Shown here piece by piece: positions 13,640-24,540 of a DNA stretch of 64,000 bases. Location of the stretch: assembly GCA_973895155.1 (NCBI GenBank), contig OZ316897.1, positions 16,243,375-16,307,374 of the forward strand, written 5' to 3'. Each line of letters starts with the position of its first letter. Positions within the stretch are counted from its first letter, which is position 1. Below the pieces are notes generated by a model. The model did not search any database, was not told the DNA's origin, and saw only the letters and a program-made list of their open reading frames with translations. Origin of the DNA: Marsupella aquatica. Its lineage: Eukaryota; Plantae; Marchantiophyta. Made by a program: the position numbers and the translations under genes.

Positions 13640-14424
13640 CACATTTGGGAAGAAAATTACAGTGACAGTGAGTTGAAAAAGTCATGCTACAGTGTGCTCC
13701 ATGTTTTGCAAGATCCTGTTGTTGGAACTGGCCAGAGAGTTCAGAAATTATGGGATTGAGTAGCAGAGCAGTACCATAAGAACAATGGTTGGGAATTTGA
13801 GATGACAGGGAAGAAATCACTCAAAGGCAAGTGGTAAGACATCACTGAAGCATGAATGTCAGAAATTTATAGGAGCATACCAGGTTGATAACAGTCAGGT
13901 TTAAGGGACGAATCTTGAAGACACCTTGAAATTTGCCAAGGAGCTCAACACGGAGAATCATCCTAAGAGTGAAATTTTTGTTTTGATTGTTGCTACTACA
14001 TTCTAAAGGATTGCTCAAGGTTCATAAGTCCTAGAGAACGACATGCAAAAAGGGAAGAGCAAGAAATCAGACAGAAATGTGCCCTACAACAACAACCCCA
14101 CTCCAGATTTTGTTAAACTTACTTGATTCTGATAATTCTTCACGCAAAAATGGAGATGACACTGAGTCTAATCAAGGTTCAAGCAGGAAAAGGCCTACTG
14201 GAAATCGGGCTGCAAAGGAGAAGCTGAAGAGATTGAAGAGCCAGGACAACGCATTGAAGATGTCAGCTTTGGCTCAAATGGAAATGGCAGCTGCCAATAC
14301 TATGTGGTCACTTGCATACCAGAACAGTTCAACTTTGGCCATGCTTTTGCTACCGACAGAGCACATGAGTCCAGAATGTGCAAGCTATGGGAAGATTGGG
14401 AATGGGCTGAATCTATTAGATTGA
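13640..14424 (+). pseudogene. Decayed PIF/Harbinger ORF1-type Myb/SANT-like (NAM-associated) protein
   Basis: Fragments ENYSDSELKKSCYSVLHVLQDPVVGTGQRVQKLW (cf. LCxAWxxVSxDPIxGxxQKxxxFW) and RPTGNRAAKEKLKR (cf. RPxGxKxAK), broken by stops and frameshifts. Confidence 0.6.
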
Positions 14425-17400
14425 TTCACAGGGTGCCCCAACAAAATGCATCACTTGCGCACACTGTTGGGCCACCTTTGATTCTCCCAACAATTTGAGT
14501 GTTGCACCTCCAATTCGAGTGGATGCACCTTTGCCTCAATCACCAGCCAGGTCACCAACTCCAACTCCAATGCCCGTCGAGGGCCCTTCAGACAATCTTG
14601 AAGTAGCATGGCTTGCACAGGAAGTGGATCCACAAATGTGCACCCGATTTGTACTCAGGATGATGTATGACGGAAATAAAAAGGTTTTGGTTGGCAATTC
14701 AGCATTGTGCACATGGCAATTCTTTCTTTCAATATGACAGTCAATTCATACACTTCCAATTCAATAAACAGTGTATCATGGGTAATTTGTTGTCAACAAT
14801 TCAAAAATCACCTCGTGACAAACAAAAGGTTCAAAGAACAGACAATGGTTCATGCAAATTTGAAAATTCCATTCTGATAAATTTCCAGGCCAAATAGCTC
14901 ACGACATTTACCAGGACATTGACAATTACAAGCCCTTGGTTGGACCAAAATGTGTATGTTCAAATAAATATGTGGGTAGCACACTACACCAAGCCAAATT
15001 AGGTTTCTGCCTCAAAAAATAAGAAGGAACTGTGCCATGGAGTGCCATGACTCCATGGCACAATACTTCCATGGTGATATAGTTAAAAAGCAGCTATGAC
15101 ATGCAATTCTAATACCAGTCCCAGTCCCCACCATACTTGTCGTCAGGCTTGGACTTTGTTTTCACCAATGCAGCAGACTTTGAAGCTAGGAACCTCCATA
15201 GCCTTGCCTTCTTTGGATCCCAACAGCCGACGCCTTCTTCAGCTCCCCCACAGCTGAGCCATTCTGTGGCTCCCCCTCCCCCCCCCACCCGGCAGCCAAG
15301 CCATTCTTTGGCTCCTCCACTTCATTGTCACCTGCATCAAGGCCATTCCTGGACCTTAAAATCAACTGAGCCAGGTGCTTGCAGCACAACTCCATTTTCT
15401 CATCATCAGAGTCCCATAATTTGGGCTCTTGCATTTATCCTTCTCCACTACAGCCGGGACTACAGCTTGTGCTTTACCCTATCATGATTTCTTGGTGGGA
15501 GGCATGTTGTGTGCGCACAATGCAAATGCACAAGCTATGGAAGTTGAATGAAGTGTGAGCTTAGCAAGCTGAAAAGCCCCTAAAAACTGAGGAGTGCTCA
15601 CGAATGAAGAGCAGGTTGAACTGAGTGATGAGGCCGAGCTTGGACAGCCTCCCAAGGATCAGCATCTCTGCCCTATATAAAGTATCATGAAAGTGTACAA
15701 AGCGTGCAAGGAAGACTTTGTACATATTGAACAAAGCATGTGAACAAAATCTGAGGGCAAAGGCGACTCTCTTGCAAAATTCAAACTTTAATATTACAAA
15801 GTATGCCAGAGTGTATGTGCACACTCACCCGATTTTCAATGTCCATTCCTGCGCAGTTATTACAAGAGCACTACACAAACTTTTGTAATACTAGAATATT
15901 AAAAAGTTGAGTATCTTTGCGGGGAGGGGGGGAGGGTAGTTCCATAGAAGTGGCACATCACCTACAACAAAGTATAGGGTCATGTTAATTATTTTGAGAG
16001 AGACTTATTAAGTTGTCAATGAAAATAGCAAACTAGAATGCAAATTGCATTTTAAGAAATGCTCAGGATAACTTTAAGATTAGAGTTGTCCACAAACCAG
16101 GCCCCAGTCTAGTGCAACCCCTGGATCTAAAACCCTATCATTTCAAGCACTTCAGTCATGCCTAAGCCCAGACAAATATGACTCAGTTGAATGATTGTGC
16201 AACAGCTTTGGAAATTGACAGTGAAGCAGACCCTGGACAACACAGTATCAGACAAGCACACTCCAACAGCCTGCCCCCTGCCCCCTGCCCCCCACCCACT
16301 ATTAGTGTTAGCATCTAATTAGTGTGATTATGAAATTAGAGTCAGTAACAGTAGGAGGGAAATAGGGCTTAGGGGCACAAATTCCTGCAACCTAGGGCCA
16401 AGGATTTTCAAGCTAAGCCCACCTGGGGTACCCTGGTTCTTTCCATTGGACAGAAAAATGTTTAAAACACAAGTAAGTTCTGTTAGGCAACACTATTTCA
16501 TAAGGTCGTGGAGATATTGTTTCACCAGAATTAGAGTCAGTAACACTAATTGTGGTGCATACTTAGGGGGGAGGTGTCTTTTGAGTAAACACTCATTCAA
16601 ACACTCTTTTCAATCTGGACGCTTCTCTTGAACTGGAAGGGCCTTTCTTTTGACGGAAGAGCAGAAATTAGCTGGGTGATGGTCGGGGATTACAAAGGTG
16701 TGCAGCCCATCACTTGCTCCAAACCCTTTGCAACCACTTCTGGGTTGGATTTTCCTTTATTGGGGAAGTTTGTATTTCACTGCTTCGGAAGGATGGTTGA
16801 TGTGTAAGGTAACCCATCCCCAAGTGGGGGTAATGTGATGAAATCCTTGAGGGTGGTCAGCCCAAAGGGGTGACAGTCCATTATCCCCAATTGGGGATGA
16901 GTTTCCAAGCATAACATTAAGCCCAAGTGCATTTTTGAACTATTCATTTCAATTTTCATTTGAAAAAGTCTTATCTGTCATTGTCTGCCACTTGCACCTG
17001 ACCGTAGACCATATTCTCATTCAAATTTGAGAGCCCCAGGCCAGGCTAGCACAGGGGTTCAGTGGCCCTCACCCGGGGGTAATGCCTCATAAAAAGACAT
17101 ACAAAGAAAATATTTCACGACGGGTAATGCACCACTCATTTGTCTTGAGGATAGAAAGGCATCCATTGCTACTTGGGCCCAGTAAAAACCAAAAGACAAC
17201 GATTCCTCATAACCTTCTTGGGACCAGTTCGTGTTTTCTTTGGAGTTCATTGCGGGTTCTTTCACCCACATCCTGTACAAGAAGTGGGGGCCCATTGCTT
17301 TGTTTTATTCCTTGTAAGACTAGCTCTGGACTGTACATTGAGTTGCAATTGGCTTTAGATGGACTTGGGGACCCATTCAGGTATGGTGTGTACCAATCCT

Positions 17401-18194
17401 ACCTGGCAAGCAATGGGCCCATGGAAATCCTGGTGTAGTCCACCTCGGGAGGTGGTCCAAACAGTTCCAAACTTTGGCTCCTTCGTGTAAGGGATTTCAA
17501 TTTACTTCATTTCAAAAATATTGTGGTCTGAAGTGTGTCTTTAGAACAAGAAGTGACCCTGGTTAGAACAAGAAGTGACCCTCCAGTTTGCTTTGGTGAA
17601 ACAAAATCACAAGTTCCCCTCACAACTTTTAAAACCAGTCACCCTAAGTTTCTCATTTAGTTGGTGGGCTCCAATGAATGTGATCTAAGTGACATTTTCA
17701 TCTCTACATAAAGTACTAACATCTTGGGAAATTATTATGGGTTCCTCCTTAGTTGTCAATGTCTGTTTTTTCATCCTTCCATGTGGGGGTAGTTGAGGAC
17801 CAATCTCACCCAGATCTCATATAGATGGTACCTGGATTTTAAAGGAAAACCTTGGTTTTGGAGTTTGCCAAGTTTTTATTTGTTGGCTAGTTCTTTTGTC
17901 TTAACGAGGTATTTACAAACTACAGTGAAACAGTAAACAGTAATAGAAAATAGTTATTGGTAGCAGGAAATGGGTGATTATTTTTTTTGAAAACAAAAGT
18001 TCTTTTTTTGCATAAGATGAATTCTTTTTGCTAGCGCCCAAAGCTGGCAAAAAAATGTTGTGTTTTTAAAATTTTTGAAAAATGAGACTTTTCATGATAC
18101 ATTTTCAGTTTGGCTTTTTCCTTGTAATAGTAACATTTTGATAGGGACAGGAAAAAATTGCTGGTAATAGGAAACCTGTTTGCTTTTTCCAGTC

Positions 18195-18790
18195 CCGTTT
18201 TTTACTAACCTACCCCCCAAACTGATCCTTATTTGCAACATGCCCCCCAAACTATTTTTATTGTCACCTTGACCCCCATTTTGAATACGGGTTACCTTAA
18301 CCCTCGTACTTAACCCGAGGTGCTTTCTTATTGGCGGGTGGACACGTGGCGAGGCGCTATTGGCCCCGCCTTACCCCGGCTGGTACCGGGGCTGGTACTG
18401 TGGTCATCAGGCCAGACTACGGCTCCCTCCCTCCCTGTACCGATGGCTGGCGCCACTGCGGCTGGCCTCCCTCCTGGGCTCAAGTGCTGGCCCGACCATA
18501 GGGCCTCGCTCCCCTCCCTCCCTGTTTCCTCGCTTCCCCTCACGGACCCCGACGATGCCCGACAGTGTACCCAAACCCCTTGTTTTTGTAAAGGAATTGA
18601 CCCTTTGTTTATACATTGCCCTTTGTTTACACATTGCATATATCGTTGTGGGTTCTGCACAGTCGCGTTGCGATGGTGGCTATGGAAGCAGCCTGAATCA
18701 AGGGAGGGCAGCAGCAAATGTGGGAGGCTTGCGAGTGAGAGGGAAAACACCGCAGCCATAGCTCGGAGGTCGATCAGGAGTCCTGCTGCC
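18195..18790 (+). repeat. Left TIR of MULE
   Basis: Reverse complement of ~22252-22828 with small indels; inner boundary approximate. Confidence 0.9.
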
Positions 18791-19131
18791 GAAACACATT
18801 CTCGAATCGTGGCAGATTAATTCATTTGTGAAAGGGCTATCTCGCACGAGAAGAATGAAGTCGATAATGTGGGAGGGCAGCAAGCAGGGGAGGAAGAATG
18901 ATGGTGTGCTGTCCATCACTTTAGGGCAGGGGCAATGTACATAGCGCTATTGCTGTTGCTATCGTGTAGAACCAGAACGTAAGGCTATTCTTGCTGCTAC
19001 TGTTCCGAACAACAGAAAGTAAGTGTTCTCCTCCAGAATGGACGAATGATGAGTAATATTTTTCTAGAAGATTGTGTGTTGTTGCTTATAGCCCTCATAC
19101 AAATTTCATTTCTCTATGCTTTCTAGGAACC

Positions 19132-21234
19132 ATGGAATCAGGAGAGGCACTCCAGCTGAAAGTAGGCACGACATTTGAGAGTTGGGAGGAGTTAAAGAAA
19201 GCCATTGTGGATGACGGTGTCAAGACAGAGAGAGTGATAGTCACTCACAAGAAGGACCAGAAGAAGTGGAAACTTAAATGCCGAATGAATGACAGTAGCC
19301 ATGGGGATAAACAATGTCACTGGCAGTTAAGGGCAACCAAAAAGTCCAGAACCGAAACCATAACTATCACCCGCACACACCTCGAACACTCATGCGAGGC
19401 TGCAGACCCATTACAAAAGGAGAATGCACTCAAACTCAGACAGGCTAGTAGACCGCATACTAGATATCATCCAGAAAAACCGACAGACCAGAGCTTCATT
19501 CTTGAGAGACACAACTCAAACATTAGTTCATCCGGACATCAAATACCACACTGCATATGCCGCAAAGAAGAGATGTCTAAACCGTCTAGATGGAGACCAG
19601 ACTCAATCCTTTCAATTAATACCTGCCCATTGTCACCATATCCTACTTCGTGATGCAGGGGCAGTGGCAAAGTACAGAGCTCTTGAAGGTCGATTAGATA
19701 TGCTGTTTGTTTGCCCTTCTGCTTCCAGGGAATCATTTCATCATTGTAGGCCGATGATAGCATTAGATGGCACCCACACACGGTGCATGTATCCTGGAAT
19801 TTTGCTTCTTGCGACCACACTGGATGCCAATAATACAATCATTGTGCTTGCTTATTCTTGGATGCCATCAGAGAATGAAGCAAATTGGATGTTATTTTTG
19901 AGGCTCTTAAGAGATGCAATTCCAGACTTGAGCAAGCCAGGCATTGTTTTCATTTTAGATCGGGAGAAAGGGTTGACTGATGGAGTACCACAGGTTTTTC
20001 CACATGGGCATCCAGCTTATTGTACTTGGCATCTTGCAGAGAATGTGCACAAACACCATGGCAAAGAAATCAGGAAAATGTTTGAAAGCTTGCCTTATGC
20101 TGTCACTCCAACAAAGTACACTGCCAAGCTACAATGGATTGAAGAGAAGAGCAAAGCTGCCGCTAACTACATTAAAAAAACAGCAGATCCAAAATTCTAT
20201 TCCAGAGCTTTTTTCCCACTCGAAGGTAACTCCCAGATTTGTCTGTTTAGCAATTGTATGTCTGAATTTGAACAACAATTTATTGTATATAGGATTTGTG
20301 TGCTTAAAACAAATCTGATTGAAATATGTTTCTTGATCACAGATGGGGTCATGAGACTTCACAACAAGCTGAGAGCACCAACCATGCTTTGAAACCACAG
20401 CAACAGGAGGTAACCTTGAACATGTCGTGTCAAATCTGGGATTATGTCATGCTGAAATATTTTGAGAAAAAAGAGTTGGCCGCAACAATCACAACGCCAT
20501 TCCCTCCCAATATAATGACAACATTGAGGCAGGTGGAGGAGAAAGCAACTCATCTTACTGCCCACCCTTCAACTCAATCAGAGGTGAGAATTACTGATGA
20601 ACAGAATAATCAGTACATTGTCCAACTAGATCCACATTGGTCTTGCAGTTGTGGTGAGTTTCAGGATACGCTTGTGCCGTGCATACATGCCTGGCGGGCC
20701 TTGACGAGACTGTATAAAAGACATTACGATTATGTGTCCCCACTATATAGCTCAGACACCTTCAGAAAAACATATGAAGCTCATCTACCAGCTTTGATTA
20801 GGAGTGCCAGATCCCAATTGTGGGCCACCGTTAAAGAGGCGAATGAAAGGGCGTCCAACTGAAAGAGTCAGGATGCGGTTGATGATGAAGAAGTTTGTAG
20901 ATTGCCTCGAAAGTGTAGAGTTTGTGGCGATCGAGGACATGACAGGCGGAATTGTCCCAATGGTGCTGCTACCCAAGAGGCTGTGAGATTATCCAGGGAG
21001 CAGGTTTCTGGCGATAGGACATTGGACTCTAGGAAATCTGTGGACCTAGATACAGATAGTGGCAGTGTGCAAGGAAGTGACAGCATTGAGAGTGATAACT
21101 CTAGCTCCCCTGCACAGACTAACGAGAATGGAGGCAGTCACACTATTGTTGGTTGGGGAACACAAGAAAGTTGTGAGATCAGTAGTTTCTCCCAGTTGCT
21201 AGCTACAGTAGAATCTCAGGCAACAGATGTTTGA
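19132..21234 (+). pseudogene. MuDRA-like transposase, frameshifted
   Basis: N-terminal MuDR domain (LKVGTTFESWEELKKAI). DDE core IALDGTH...ILDREKGL...CTWHL...AES. SWIM finger CSCGEFQDTLVPCIH and CCHC knuckle CRVCGDRGHDRRNC. GT-AG intron 20226-20342. Frameshifts near 19420, 20220 and 20800-20900. Confidence 0.9.
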
Positions 21235-21528
21235 AGTGTCGAGCTGAAAATATGCTAAACATGTGAGCATTGTATGAGTTTGGTTGAAGTACAGTGAGAT
21301 TTGTAACACTTTTTACCAATGAAATACAAATCCAGGCATATCATATTTCTATTGTGCTATAATCTTTAGCAATGAACTACATATTTACAACACACATCTT
21401 GCACAGTAAGAAGCTAGTCAGAGTGATTCACAAAATGACAAAAACAAGGGTCGCCCAATTTATAGAAAATCACTGCTATACATTGATGCACGGCTGTTTT
21501 CCTGGCGAAAAGAGCAAACAATCGACAT

Positions 21529-22101
21529 CTATGGGAGTGCCCAAGAACCCCTTTTTAACAACCCCTTTTGCATAAAATCTACTGCCTCTGCCCTGGTCTT
21601 GAACGACTTAAATTTGTAGTCACTAAATCCCCATACTTGTTTCTGACATTCATCCCATGTCTCATATATCCCTGGCTGAAAACCACGCACGACTGCATAG
21701 AACTTGCGCTTCTGTCCCGGTTTCTATGTGGATGTGAAGTCCTCATTATACTGAAGTTCTGGTGCACGTCTATTGAGTTCATCCTTCACCATAGAACTTG
21801 AGCACTGCACACTGGACCTCCTTCCTGGTGCATTACCAATGAAGGCAACCTTTGTGATATTTCTTTCATTCTGAGAATGCACCTGCTCATCCAACAGGTC
21901 TGCCGGAAGCTCTGGTGCACTTGGTTCATCATTGCCAACTTCATCAGATGCTAAATCCAATGTCCGCAAAATCACGTGCAGGCAGCCCCTCCCACGGTCA
22001 AGCACATCTGAGACTGAACGCAACAAGGTGCCCAACGCTCCCAACATTGCCGAAATGCAGATCAGGAGCAACCCAATCATATTGTTGAGCTTGATCGCCA
22101 T
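21529..22101 (-). pseudogene. MULE accessory ORF: hydrophobic N-terminus + RNase H1 N-terminal hybrid-binding / caulimovirus viroplasmin-like domain (one in-frame TAG)
   Basis: ATG at 22101 (MAIKLNNMIGLLLICISAMLGALGTLL...). After TAG 21724-21726 the same frame reads KPGQKRKFYAVVRGFQPGIYETWDECQKQVWGFSDYKFKSFKTRAEAVDFM (domain 21705-21571), matching the HBD pattern FYAVxxGxxxGIYxxWxECxxQVxGFxxxxFKxFxTxxEAxxF. Final stop at 21529-21531. Confidence 0.85.
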
Positions 22102-22251
22102 AGTTTCTTGCTCTCTCCCACTCACAGACTTTCAGCAACAGCGTAGCACACTCTATCAAGCAGGCTCTATTTTTGAAAAGAGCAAACAACACGCAGCAAC
22201 CACATTCGAGCCTGGGTTTGGACAGCAGAACTCCCAATCAACCTCCCAGCT

Positions 22252-22828
22252 ACGGCTGCACTCCCCAATCGACCTCCGAGCTATGGATACCGTCTTCGCC
22301 TTCTCACTCGCATGCCTCCCACGTTCGCTGCTGCCCTCCCTTGATTCAGGCTTCTTCCGTAGCCACCATCGCAGCGCGAATGTGCAAACCCGATGCAATG
22401 TGTAAACAAAGGGCAATGTGTAAACAAAGGGTCAATTCCTTTACAAAAACAAGGGGTTTGGGTACACTGTCGGGCATCGTCGGGGTCCGTGAGGGGAAGC
22501 GAGGAAACAGGGAGGGAGGGTCCGAGCGAGACCCTATGGTCGGGCCAGCACTTGAGCCCGGGAGGGAGGCCAGCCGCAGTCGCGCCAGCCATCGGTACAG
22601 AGAGGGAGGGAGCCGCAGTCTGGCCTGATGACCACAGTACCAGCCAGGGTAGGCGGGGCCAATAGCGCCTCGCCACGTGTCCACCCGCCAATAAGAAAGC
22701 ACCTCGGGTTAAGTACGAGGGTTAAGGTAAACCCGTATACAAAATGGGGGTCAAGGTGACAATAAAAATAGTTTGGGGGGCATGTTGCAAATAAGGATCA
22801 GTTTGGGGGGTAGGTTAGTAAAAAATGG
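22252..22828 (-). repeat. Right TIR of MULE
   Basis: Reverse complement of 18195-~18790. Confidence 0.9.
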
Positions 22829-23209
22829 TTTTCCAGTCACGGTTGCAATACCCGTCTGAACCAAGATCTTGATGGGACCTCTTGATTTATGGTTAATTTT
22901 GCCTCAACCACAAACTGCATGGTTAAAACATGGCCCAACCTGGGACGGCCTATACTTGGTTGGGACAACCACAAAATAGTGGCTTCCACCACCTGAACTG
23001 CAATGTGACTTAATCAAGTGAAGACAATATGGTTAATGTCTTCTAATTTAAATTTTTATCGTTTGCGGTTTCAGTAGGTTTACTTCCATGATGCAAGCTA
23101 CCCACGGTTTTTTCAGGCTGTTTCTGACATTTTCCTTGGTGCAACAGTCCGTGCACGCATAGCGAAATGATCTCTGGCTCACATGTAACATAATTCTCTT
23201 GATTATTTG

Positions 23210-23357
23210 CCCAGAGAAGCATGACTTTGTGGTAGCTCACTTGAGTAGAGACTGCTAGGTCTTGGGTTCAATGTTGTGGGCTGACTCTTCCCAACTATTG
23301 TGGCTGACTCGTCCCTTCTGTGGGGTTTCACGAATTTCCCTTAAATTTTTTTTTAAA
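23210..23357 (+). mobile_element. tRNA-derived SINE
   Basis: A-box-like GGTAGCTCACTTGAG (23231-) and B-box-like GGTTCAAT (23265-), T/A-rich tail, perfect 18-bp TSD AATTCTCTTGATTATTTG (23192-23209 / 23358-23375). Confidence 0.8.
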
Positions 23358-24308
23358 AATTCTCTTGATTATTTGTCTTACTTTATACTAGGCACAAACC
23401 TTTCAAGATGAGAAGCCATCCTATTAGATTCAACTTTTTTCTCAATCAAAATGTATTTAAGCAATCAGGAAGAAAGGAAAGTCCACATGGCATGGCAATA
23501 TACGACCAAAAAAATGATTGCCACTAAAATTGACAAGACAGAAATGACACTACCAAACCCTGATTGATCTAAAGATATAAACCGTAATGTCTTCACCAAA
23601 CGACAACAAATTTTGCATTGGTGAACTGTAGGAACTTGCGTACGGGCTACCATACCGCCAATAGTCCCCAACCACTAAAAAAATGCACAATGATGTGGTA
23701 ATCTGGGGCCAAAAACTCTGTAATTCCTCTTGTAGAAGAACTTCTTGCACAGGTCATTAAGAGGGGTCCTAGTAGGTAACAAAACTTTCATAGGGGTCCT
23801 AGTAGTTAACAATAGTTTCATAGGGGCTCATCACATAAAAACGTTATGCCAAGGGTCCCATCCAGCGTATACCTCCCCTCGTTTGCTTAGCGCGGTCTTG
23901 GGCCATCGTCAATTGGCAAACACAAATTATATTCCAAACAAAAGTTTCTCCTTTCCAAGTAACGCTGGTGCGTTGTCTTCCCCTCGATCATGGTTTGGGG
24001 CTGCCACTTCAAAATTTTGTTCGGGATATGAGTCCCTTAGAAAAACAAAGAAAGCTAAGCATGTGACAGAATACTCGTATTTTTGTTTGAAAATGGGGAT
24101 AGAATTTATTATAGGTCTTGTTATTCAACCAAAGCAAAAATATGTAAAGAATTTTGGTACCAAATGAGATACTAAATTTGTATCCGTCTCCAAAACTTTG
24201 TAAATAACATTTTGAAATTTGCTTTGACAAACCTAATGACAGTTCAATGCTATTAGATCCTTGGTCAAGTTTGAGATTGTTTATTGACAGTCTTTTCTAA
24301 AAGGGGAA

Positions 24309-24540
24309 GTTTGTACTAAATTACCCCCCAACTGAACATAATCATTAAGCTGTCCCCTGAACTGATTTATTTGGTATGTTCCCCACCATGAATTAATCTT
24401 AGCTGCGGATTCCAGCTATTTGTTTTCCCATTTGTTTTACCATAGTTGATTACCTGCAAGGAGGCAATGGAGTTGAGAAATAAATTTGGGGGAAACTTAG
24501 TCATTTTGTTCAGTTTTGGAGGTGGCATAGTAAAAATTTG
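24309..24540. mobile_element. Degenerate MULE-derived MITE
   Basis: Imperfect ~60-bp inverted ends (tttgtactaaattaccccccaactgaac... / ...gttcagttttggaggtggcatagtaaaaatt) resembling the MULE TIR terminus. Confidence 0.5.

Larger units (their letters stand above)
18195..22828 (+). mobile_element. Mutator-like DNA transposon (MULE), 4634 bp, ~590-bp TIRs, two convergent genes
   Basis: Termini CCGTTTTTTACTAACCTA.../...TAGGTTAGTAAAAAATGG. Perfect 10-bp TSD TTTTCCAGTC (18185-18194 / 22829-22838). MuDRA-type transposase inside. Confidence 0.95.

Noticed and set aside
18320-18919. Several 130-166 aa ORFs on both strands (mirrored at 22156-22702)
   Set aside because: They lie inside the GC-rich MULE TIRs, mirror each other because of the inverted repeat, and have no recognisable motifs.
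21932-22405. 157-aa plus-strand ORF inside the MULE
   Set aside because: Antisense shadow of the accessory gene and TIR; the minus-strand frame carries the recognisable domain.
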